NCBI GenBank assembly: GCA_048938385.1
Contig: JBHLMG010000032.1
Location: forward strand, 1 to 20,953
DNA: 20,953 nucleotides
Direction: 5' to 3'
Source: Promethearchaeota archaeon
GTDB taxonomy: Archaea > Asgardarchaeota > Hermodarchaeia > Hermodarchaeales > Hermodarchaeaceae
The position numbers and the translations under genes are program-made. The notes beneath the pieces are model-generated. The model did no database searches. It had not been told where the DNA came from and was given only the letters and a program-made list of their open reading frames with translations. Shown here one piece after another: positions 1 through 7,151 of this stretch. Position 1 is the stretch's first letter. Each line of letters begins with the position of its first letter.

Positions 1-204
1 ACACCGCGATCTGCGTCTAGAGTTTCAACGCAAACTAAGGCCGCCCCCAAGGTAAACTCTGAACACGCTCCTGCTGCTGCATCCCAAGCTGCTTCTCCAC
101 CAGAAAAGGTAGATGCTATAGCTGAAACCCATGGCTCTAATCAGCCTTGGCGTGAGAAGATGCGTGAAAAATATGGGCTCAAGAAAGAACCAGGCAAAGT
201 GTAA
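1..204 (+). CDS. 3' end of a protein truncated by the window edge; low-complexity Ala/Pro/Ser tail ending in a short basic helix
   Basis: Frame 1 is open from base 1 to TAA at 202-204: TPRSASRVSTQTKAAPKVNSEHAPAAASQAASPPEKVDAIAETHGSNQPWREKMREKYGLKKEPGKV*. Converges on the ORF ending at 253. Not in the ORF track. Confidence 0.7.
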   Translation, partial: TPRSASRVSTQTKAAPKVNSEHAPAAASQAASPPEKVDAIAETHGSNQPWREKMREKYGLKKEPGKV

Positions 205-252
205 GGAGAACGCTCTATAGGATTACCTCATTCGATGTATAGTGCAACAAAC

Positions 253-708
253 CTACTTTTCTATTAGTTCTAAGTAGCGCCTGATGAGTCGTTCCATCCG
301 AAGACAGTATAAGCCGTCTTGGGCTGCTTGTAAGGTCTCTCGGAGTGATTCTAGAATTTGTGCATCAGCAGACGAAGTACGGAGGTCTCCGAGAGCTTCA
401 AACCCTTGGGCAATCGTAGCAGCTAATTGAGAATAGTGAGTTACGCTACTTCGCCGCTGTTCGCGTAAGTTGGAATGGATTTCCTGAAATTGAGGCTCAA
501 TCGTATCTAATCGAGCTTTTAAGATCTGGTCAAGTTGGGTGATGGTCTCCTTCAGACCTGTTAATTCTTGGCTGAGTTGTGTTATCTTATTGAAAAGATT
601 AGTAAAAGCTTGAGTGACGAAAGGAATAAGGGACGCATCACCCTGTGGGGCGGGGGGTTGTTCTGGTGGTGGAGGTGTAGGCGGGGTGGGGGGTTGTCCG
701 GTCATCAT
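253..708 (-). CDS. Hypothetical coiled-coil protein with polyproline N-terminus (151 aa)
   Basis: PPTPPTPPPPEQPPAP followed by heptad-patterned helices. Strong SD GAGGTGA (712-718, minus) before the ATG; 11 bp after the preceding stop. Confidence 0.85.
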   Translation of the reverse strand: MMTGQPPTPPTPPPPEQPPAPQGDASLIPFVTQAFTNLFNKITQLSQELTGLKETITQLDQILKARLDTIEPQFQEIHSNLREQRRSSVTHYSQLAATIAQGFEALGDLRTSSADAQILESLRETLQAAQDGLYCLRMERLIRRYLELIEK

Positions 709-711
709 GGT

Positions 712-718
712 TCACCTC
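712..718 (-). promoter_or_regulatory. Shine-Dalgarno site for the 253..708 gene
   Basis: Minus strand reads TAAT-GAGGTGA-ACC-ATG-ATG. Confidence 0.7.
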
Positions 719-719
719 A

Positions 720-1109
720 TTAGGTTCCTCCTTTTTTCGAAGCTTCGAATCGCTTGACAGCTTCAACCACATCGTCAAGATTAATCTTGTTTGTTAACTC
801 GTCAACAATTTCGATAATTACACGGATAGCGTCCTCAATATCTTTGAGGTTACTCAGTTCTTTTGCCCTATCGACTTCGGCAATGAGTTGAGTCTCCACA
901 AGCTGGCGTTGTTCACGGAAGGTTTCAATGTCGCGGTGAATTTCCTGTGCTGTAGTATCTGCTTGTTTTATTGTTTGTTCCAATTGGGCTTGCAGATTCT
1001 GTGACATTTCTTCCATGGCTGTTCGTGTTGCTTTAACCTGCTCGGAGAGTGCGTCGATACTTTGTTCAATCTTGCTAATTACTTCTCTTACTGCAGCTGC
1101 ATTAGACAT
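720..1109 (-). CDS. Hypothetical all-helical coiled-coil protein (129 aa)
   Basis: E/Q/A/K-rich, no Pro, heptad pattern; starts 17 bp after the actin-like stop with purine-rich AGGGG upstream. Confidence 0.85.
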   Translation of the reverse strand: MSNAAAVREVISKIEQSIDALSEQVKATRTAMEEMSQNLQAQLEQTIKQADTTAQEIHRDIETFREQRQLVETQLIAEVDRAKELSNLKDIEDAIRVIIEIVDELTNKINLDDVVEAVKRFEASKKGGT

Positions 1110-1126
1110 ACTTTTTCCCCTATTCT

Positions 1127-2137
1127 TTACATTTTGGCTGCTCCCAGCCAGCTACTATACAATGGATGTTCCAGGTCAAAAACCTTCACTGCTAAATGAG
1201 GGAACTGATTATGTAAATCGTTTTCAATGCGTGTCCCTAATCCGAGAAACATAGACCCACCACCAGACATGACGATGTTGGATGCGAGTTCAGCGCGTAC
1301 ACTCGTATCTACTCGTTGTAATACATCTATAAGGGCATCAGTTAAGCCTTTATCTCCTACTCCAAGAAGTGTAGGTTGAAAAAGGACCTCTGGTGCTTGC
1401 CAGGGTAACGAACCTAAAGAAAGCTCAGTTCCTTGGTATCGGAACTGCGCTATCTCTCCAAAGGCTCCATTAGCCTCACAAGGCTGCACTTTACAAAGGG
1501 TTTGTTTAATCTTTGAGATGGCTGCTCCATCGTTTGCTAGTTTGTTGTAAAGGTGGGTTTGAGTTGACTTTGCTTGATGGAATAGCAATTTTCGAATTTC
1601 AGCGGAGATAAAAAAGCTCCCTGTCACAATGGTACATATTTCTTCTTCCAATAGGAATCCACGATAAATAGGTGTAATGAACGACACTGAATAACCAACA
1701 TCTACAATGAGTCCCGTTTTGCGACCCCAATGCCCCCAGGTTAAAACTTGTTGTATCGCTGCATCTACATGCATGCAGCCAAGCGCTTCTTTCACGGCCT
1801 GACAAAGTTGCGTTACTTGTTCAAGGTCAGAGAGAGGAAAAACGAGGAGTGTCACCTCTACATCTTCACGATTGTTATTAAGTTGGGGAAACTGCTCTAG
1901 GGCAAGGGTACAAAGCTTTACTACGGGATCAGGATCTTTAGGTAACAGACCGTCCTCGAGGGGGAATACCCATTTTCTTCGCCCTGGATCTAGTTCACAG
2001 AAAATGGAGTTGCCTTGGCTTAGCGAACTCATCTTAAAAGCTGCAGGGATGACTACAGGTTCAGTAAGCTGTCGAGGGCCGCATTTGAGATAACCGCTTC
2101 CCAGGTCAATGAGAAGGCTTGAGAGAGCTTTATTCAC
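1127..2137 (-). CDS. Divergent actin-related protein, paralog A (336 aa)
   Basis: Phosphate-1 loop LIDLGSGYLKCG, AIQQVL (actin AIQAVL), phosphate-2 loop IVDVGYSVSFITPIYRG (actin VLDSGDGVTHTVPIYEG), APEVLFQPTLLG (actin CPEALFQPSFLG), adenosine motif NIVMSGGGSMFLG, YSSWLGA (actin YSVWIGG). GTG start. Confidence 0.92.
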   Translation of the reverse strand: MNKALSSLLIDLGSGYLKCGPRQLTEPVVIPAAFKMSSLSQGNSIFCELDPGRRKWVFPLEDGLLPKDPDPVVKLCTLALEQFPQLNNNREDVEVTLLVFPLSDLEQVTQLCQAVKEALGCMHVDAAIQQVLTWGHWGRKTGLIVDVGYSVSFITPIYRGFLLEEEICTIVTGSFFISAEIRKLLFHQAKSTQTHLYNKLANDGAAISKIKQTLCKVQPCEANGAFGEIAQFRYQGTELSLGSLPWQAPEVLFQPTLLGVGDKGLTDALIDVLQRVDTSVRAELASNIVMSGGGSMFLGLGTRIENDLHNQFPHLAVKVFDLEHPLYSSWLGAAKM

Positions 2138-2249
2138 AATTGGGTGTAGGAACTAGCTTTGAAAACAGTTTCTATCTCCTTGTTGTGAGCCTCACGATTA
2201 TGGAGTAAAACTTGAGAGTTTTTTTGTCCGCTGTCTCTTTATCTCTTTC

Positions 2250-3269
2250 TTACTGAGTTGGAGGCAGAGCAAGACGAGCAGCTCCCTGCCAAGCATTAGT
2301 CAGTGCGTCTTCTAAGGCATAAACATTAACTGGAAGATGCGGAATCCGTCGCTTCAGCTCTAGCTCAAATCGTTCTCGAAGACCCAAAATAAGAGAACTC
2401 CCACCAGTGAGTACAATATCATTGGAAAGTTCTCGTCGCATTGTTAAATCCACCTGCTCAATTGATTCGATCACTGCATCGACTAAGCCTTTATCGCTAA
2501 TCCCTAATATTGAGGGATCAAACAAGAGTTCTGGAGCCTTCCAAGTGATGTCTCCTAGGGGAACATTGAGGTTTTTTCGTCGGTATCGCCATTCGCGTGG
2601 AGTGGTTTTATCGCGGGAATCAGGGCGAACTTGACAGTAATTTCGTTTAATGTACTCTATGGCCTTAGTATCAGTTGCTAATTTAGCATAATCTGAGTAT
2701 CGGGAAGAACTTTTTGCTTGGTCTTCTAACAGACGACGAATCGCCGCAGAAACATACAACCCTCCAGTAGCTGTATCCACGACATGTTCCTGGAGGAGGA
2801 ATCCTCGGTAAATAGGAGTAATGAGTGAAACTGAGTGACCAATGTCAACTACGGTTCCGGTGTGTTTCTGGAGAAATAACAGCGTCAGAACTTGCTGATA
2901 GGCTGCAAGGAGCTTTTTACATCCTAGTGCAACACGAAGGTTATCGCAAACCTTGTACACATGGTTTTGTGGTACTGTGGAAAACACTAGCAACTGGACT
3001 TCTGTTGCTAAGCGCTGATGCCCTCCTAGGCCAACGCGTTCAAAAATATCGAGGATAAGGGGTTTGAGAATATCGCTTGGTGGAAGGTTTGCGTTTTCCA
3101 TTGGATAGAATTTGCCAACCCGTGTTGGATCGAGAATTGTAAGATAGGGATCTCCGGTTCTGCCATTGATTGCCTTGAGACATGCAGGAAGAATTTTAGG
3201 AGTTGCTTGATTGGGGTAACCGTATTTTAGAAATCCTGTGCCCAAATCAATAATAAGCGGATTTTGCAT
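2250..3269 (-). CDS. Divergent actin-related protein, paralog B (339 aa)
   Basis: IIDLGTGFLKYG, AYQQVL, VVDIGHSVSLITPIYRG, APELLFDPSILG, DIVLTGGSSLILG, NAWQGA; GAGG SD upstream of the ATG. Confidence 0.92.
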   Translation of the reverse strand: MQNPLIIDLGTGFLKYGYPNQATPKILPACLKAINGRTGDPYLTILDPTRVGKFYPMENANLPPSDILKPLILDIFERVGLGGHQRLATEVQLLVFSTVPQNHVYKVCDNLRVALGCKKLLAAYQQVLTLLFLQKHTGTVVDIGHSVSLITPIYRGFLLQEHVVDTATGGLYVSAAIRRLLEDQAKSSSRYSDYAKLATDTKAIEYIKRNYCQVRPDSRDKTTPREWRYRRKNLNVPLGDITWKAPELLFDPSILGISDKGLVDAVIESIEQVDLTMRRELSNDIVLTGGSSLILGLRERFELELKRRIPHLPVNVYALEDALTNAWQGAARLALPPTQ

Positions 3270-3303
3270 GTCGGGTCCTCATTCAGTTCAGTGATAAGAA
3301 ATA

Positions 3304-4119
3304 CTATGGTGGCATGAGGATTGTGGAGTAAGGAATGGATGGTTCAAGGAAGCTAAAGGTCACTTTGGGATGTTCCACACGCAGAATCTGTGTTAGTCGG
3401 CTCATTCCTGGAATTTCGGTGGAAATTTGAGGAACAGCCACTAGCTTCATTTTGAGCTGGCTTGCCTGCATGGCTAACTCGTGAGTGATGTGACCCGTAA
3501 GGTAAGTGTCACAACCTTGTTCTTTCGCGAGTCGTAGCCAATCCTCAGTTATTCCTTTCCCTGTCATTAATAGTAATTGATCAACCTCGTCTTCGAGTTT
3601 TCCAACATAGGTAAGGGAGGGGATTCTTAATCGCTTGGCGATGTATTGAATGAAGGTTTTAAGATTGGTTTCTTTGGGAACTGCACAAACACGACCCAAA
3701 GGAAGTATATCACCGTCAATTGAGACTTTAAAAACATCATTAACTTTGAACCCGAGTGTATGTGCCAAGACATCAGTCATCCCTTGGTCGACAACTGCCC
3801 AGGCGTAGTGTGCAATGTAAACGGTCAAATTTCGCTTCAATAGATGTTGTAGTAGAAGTTGTGATAAGCCTGTAAAATGCGTCGTTGTTTTTGGAAAAGG
3901 GGAACGATGCGCAATGAGGAGTCCGGCACCGAGTTCACTACTTTTGATAATGGTGGGGACTGTGATGTCAACACAGATCGCAGCGGCTGAAAGTCGGATT
4001 CGCTTTTGCTTGTTGATATCACTCGTGCCTAGGATTACACCATTCACATCGCCATTGGGCACATACATGCTCGGTACCAATTTTTCAAGATGTGTGACGA
4101 CCTCCCACAATGTTGCCAT
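3304..4119 (-). CDS. Nif3/YbgI (DUF34)-like protein with degenerate metal site
   Basis: Family pattern D.NG..LG, .CVD.T, LLIAH, VYIAH, LGRV, YLTG.I.H, STE..G. The canonical HH, D and C-terminal H ligands are altered. Confidence 0.85.
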   Translation of the reverse strand: MATLWEVVTHLEKLVPSMYVPNGDVNGVILGTSDINKQKRIRLSAAAICVDITVPTIIKSSELGAGLLIAHRSPFPKTTTHFTGLSQLLLQHLLKRNLTVYIAHYAWAVVDQGMTDVLAHTLGFKVNDVFKVSIDGDILPLGRVCAVPKETNLKTFIQYIAKRLRIPSLTYVGKLEDEVDQLLLMTGKGITEDWLRLAKEQGCDTYLTGHITHELAMQASQLKMKLVAVPQISTEIPGMSRLTQILRVEHPKVTFSFLEPSIPYSTILMPP

Positions 4120-4208
4120 GTTCGCTCAACCTAAAGGATGAATGTACTCATGAAAGGTTATCTATTCCTTTAGTCTTTTGCGCAGGGATAGCACGATAAT
4201 TTCAATAG

Positions 4209-4220
4209 GTTTATTATATA
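4209..4220. promoter_or_regulatory. Candidate TATA box in the divergent Nif3/RsmB intergenic region
   Basis: TTTATTATATA about 37-47 nt upstream of the GTG at 4257. Confidence 0.4.
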
Positions 4221-4256
4221 CGGGTTTTTCTAAGCAACGAGCGGAGAAACCGGACA

Positions 4257-5627
4257 GTGTCTAAAAAATCTCCTCTCAAAGAAATTAGTCGCGAAGAAGC
4301 CGCTGCTGAGGTTCTATCAATCTGGGAGGAGACACACCTTTCGTTACGCACCGCGATGGAACAGTTAGCTGAAGAATGGGGAATCATTGACTGGCCAATT
4401 CGGACCGCTATTCATGGTCTTGTGTTTGAAACAGTTCGTCGGTTAAACACTATTGATTATGTGTTGAATTTAGTGCTAGAAAAGACTCGTGTCTCAGACT
4501 TGGATTCCCTTCTTCGGAATACATTACGAGTTGCCTCCTACTTGATTCTTTTTCGGAAGGTTGTTCCTGCGTTAGCCACAAACGAAGCAGTATCCATTAT
4601 TAAACGGCGAAGAAATAAACGACTAGCGGGTTTAGCTAACGCTGTTTTAAGAACGATACAAGAATATGAGCTTGAAGAAATCTTACAAGGTGTGAATGAG
4701 TCAATAAAGAACGAATTACTCTATAGCGTCCCTCAATGGTTTTATGATTATACGGAACGGCTTTTCGGAACTGAAGAAGCCCGGGCGTTCTTCTCTGCCA
4801 GTCTAGATAATCCTTCAGTCTATATTCGAATAAATACCCTTAGCACAAATGCTAAGGCGGCTTTAAGCCACCTCGAAAGGGACGAATTCCAATGCTTAAG
4901 GGTGCCTCCTCTACTAGAGGTGTATAAGCTGCAACATGGGACAAGACCTGTTACCCAAACCACTCCATATGTTGAAAACGCTATATACATCCAAAGCCTC
5001 GCTAGCGCTTTAGTATCACATGTAGCGAACCCCCGCTCTGATTCCATTATAATCGATTTATGTGCCGCACCTGGAAGTAAGACTTCTCATCTGGCTCAGC
5101 TTATGAAAAACAGGGGTCACATTCTAGCTTTTGACAACCTGGTCTCTAGAACCCAAGAACTATGCCGAAATCTTACCCGGTTGGGAGTAAGAAACACCCA
5201 TGTTCTCTTGGCAAATAGCACCTCACTTCCTCTTCGTAAGGGTTTCCGTGCTGATCGTGTCTTAGTTGACCCCCCTTGTAGTAATACAGGGGTAATTCAA
5301 ACACGACCTGAAGCCAAGTGGATCATAACCGAAGACCTCGTGCAACGATTACAAAAGATCCAATTTGGATTGTTGCAAGAAGGCAGTCGCTTTGTTGCAG
5401 ATAATGGGTTCTTAATATATTCGACATGCTCGATAACTCTCACTGAGAATGAACAATTAGTTCTAAAGTTTCTTGAGAATCAACCCAAGTTTATTCTTGT
5501 ACAGGCTGAGCCACTCGTAGGTAAAGAAGCTTTTATTGGTATGACTCAGTGCCAACGCCTTTTTCCACAACATGACGACACTGAGGGTTTTTTCATTGCT
5601 AAGTTTCAACGAAACCCAGGCAGCTGA
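4257..5627 (+). CDS. rsmB: RsmB/NOP2-family RNA m5C methyltransferase with N-terminal NusB-like domain
   Basis: NusB-like LRVASY..NEAV..K..LANAVLR; IRINTL; SAM motif DLCAAPGSKT; both catalytic Cys motifs (DPPCSNTG, YSTCS); TEGFFIAK. Confidence 0.93.
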   Translation: MSKKSPLKEISREEAAAEVLSIWEETHLSLRTAMEQLAEEWGIIDWPIRTAIHGLVFETVRRLNTIDYVLNLVLEKTRVSDLDSLLRNTLRVASYLILFRKVVPALATNEAVSIIKRRRNKRLAGLANAVLRTIQEYELEEILQGVNESIKNELLYSVPQWFYDYTERLFGTEEARAFFSASLDNPSVYIRINTLSTNAKAALSHLERDEFQCLRVPPLLEVYKLQHGTRPVTQTTPYVENAIYIQSLASALVSHVANPRSDSIIIDLCAAPGSKTSHLAQLMKNRGHILAFDNLVSRTQELCRNLTRLGVRNTHVLLANSTSLPLRKGFRADRVLVDPPCSNTGVIQTRPEAKWIITEDLVQRLQKIQFGLLQEGSRFVADNGFLIYSTCSITLTENEQLVLKFLENQPKFILVQAEPLVGKEAFIGMTQCQRLFPQHDDTEGFFIAKFQRNPGS

Positions 5628-5635
5628 TAATGCAC

Positions 5636-7057
5636 CTAAATAAAAATCGGCCACATAGACATACGAATCGGCATAGAAAGTTGCCGGAATGGTTTACCAA
5701 TACTAGCTTCATTGATGGCTTTTGCTAAGGCTGATACACTCAGGGATTCTGTCTTAGCCTGTTTCACGCTAGATTCCGAACGGACAGTAACTGTGAGGGA
5801 GTTGGTTTCAATCTCTTTATCACCAATCACTACGACATAGGGTATCCATTGGGTTCCTGCGTTACGAATCTTCCAGCTGACGGTTTTTCCCCGGTCATCT
5901 GTTACTGCCCGCACATTTTGTTTCCGTAATTGCCCAACAATCTTCTCTGCGTGGTCTGAATGGCGGTCAGCAACAGGAATAACTACGACCTGTACTGGTG
6001 AAAGCCACAATGGGAGCATCGGGAGTTCTCCTTTCTGTTGACGCTTTACAGCACTTTCTAAAAGTCCGTACACCAATCGTTCTAAACTACCAATACTGGT
6101 GTGTACTATGATACAGCCAACTTCTTCTCCCGCGTTGTTAACATAGGTTATTCCGTATCGCTCTGCATCAGTTACATCTAATTGTACAGTGCATAATTGT
6201 CCAGATCCTTCTGCTGCATCAACAAACTGGAATTCATTTTTCACATTCCAGTAATGGGTCATTTCTGGTAGTAGTTCAACTAGAATTACTCGCTTCAAAT
6301 CCTGGGCAAGTTCTATCAGGAGGTCGCGGGTTTGGTCGTAATACTCTTCGACCATCCGAAATACCAGTAGATACTCGATGCCCAAGCTCTTTATGAGTTG
6401 ATCATAGAATTTAGTGATTCGGGCAAATTCCTCTTTCCCCTGCTCGTAGTCAACACAAAAGCAGTGAATATCCGGCATGGTAAATGCGCGAAGGCGACGA
6501 AGACCAACGCACTCACCGCGCTTTTCTAGCCGGAAAGAGGGGGATAGTTCGAAGATGCGAATGGGTAACTGGCGTTGAGACATCTGGACATTTTTCATTG
6601 TAGAAAAGAGTCCAAAGTCACCTGCAAACCGCAGGAGGAGTTCTTTGTCTTTGCTAAGTTTAATTCGATAGTCTTTTTCTAAGAATTTCGCTGCTTGTTC
6701 AGCGATATCTTTCTGGCTTAATCGATACATTAGTGGAGTTTCGATGCGCATGGCGCCAATCAAATCTACGGCAATAGAATGGACATAATCTTCGAGCAGC
6801 TCCTTTAGGAATGCCCCTTTCGGATAGAACCGAAAATGCCCCACATCCGAAGCGGGTTCATAATCGATAAGCTCCAGTTGTCGCATCACACGAATATGAG
6901 GTGGTTCTCCCTTAGCTGGTCGTCCCAACTCCTCTGTTTCGATAAAGGTGCGAAATTCCCCTTTGATTACCTTATTGTCATCTAACTTAGCTAGATCGAG
7001 TGATTGTTCCTTACCTTTTGAATCAATGAGTAAGTACTTAGCCAAGGTTAACGCCAA
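5636..7057 (-). CDS. thrS: Threonine--tRNA ligase, archaeal type, catalytic plus anticodon-binding domains only (no N-terminal editing domain)
   Basis: DYEPASDVGHFRFYPKG, motif 2 SFRLEKRGECVGLRRLRAFTMPDIH, TVQLD, motif 3 HTSIGSLER, LPLWLSPVQV, archaeal tail GKPF...PIF. TTG start directly after an in-frame stop; exact start uncertain. Confidence 0.93.
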   Translation of the reverse strand: MALTLAKYLLIDSKGKEQSLDLAKLDDNKVIKGEFRTFIETEELGRPAKGEPPHIRVMRQLELIDYEPASDVGHFRFYPKGAFLKELLEDYVHSIAVDLIGAMRIETPLMYRLSQKDIAEQAAKFLEKDYRIKLSKDKELLLRFAGDFGLFSTMKNVQMSQRQLPIRIFELSPSFRLEKRGECVGLRRLRAFTMPDIHCFCVDYEQGKEEFARITKFYDQLIKSLGIEYLLVFRMVEEYYDQTRDLLIELAQDLKRVILVELLPEMTHYWNVKNEFQFVDAAEGSGQLCTVQLDVTDAERYGITYVNNAGEEVGCIIVHTSIGSLERLVYGLLESAVKRQQKGELPMLPLWLSPVQVVVIPVADRHSDHAEKIVGQLRKQNVRAVTDDRGKTVSWKIRNAGTQWIPYVVVIGDKEIETNSLTVTVRSESSVKQAKTESLSVSALAKAINEASIGKPFRQLSMPIRMSMWPIFI

Positions 7058-7151
7058 CTAATATTAAGTTCTAAAGGATACTCGCCATCGTTCGCCCCAC
7101 GCTGAAAAAAAGTTTCTATAGTACCCTTTTCCCTTCCTTGGAGGTAATAAT

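Noticed and set aside
645-695. G-rich tract on the plus strand that could form a G-quadruplex
   Set aside because: Fully explained by CCN proline codons of the minus-strand gene.
253-1109. ESCRT-III, SNARE or prefoldin identity for the small coiled-coil proteins
   Set aside because: No transmembrane anchor, no basic-N/acidic-C Snf7 pattern and no prefoldin beta-hairpin is recognisable; generic heptads alone are insufficient.
1127-3269. MreB/ParM/FtsA or conserved Lokiactin assignment for the actin-fold genes
   Set aside because: Motifs (PIYxG, APExLFxP, WxG) are actin/Arp-type rather than MreB-type, but the divergence, short subdomain 2 and truncated C-terminus do not fit the conserved filament-forming actin.
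7058-7151. Frameshifted or read-through remnant of the ThrRS editing domain
   Set aside because: Only 94 bp are available before the divergent peptidase gene and no editing-domain motif is visible.
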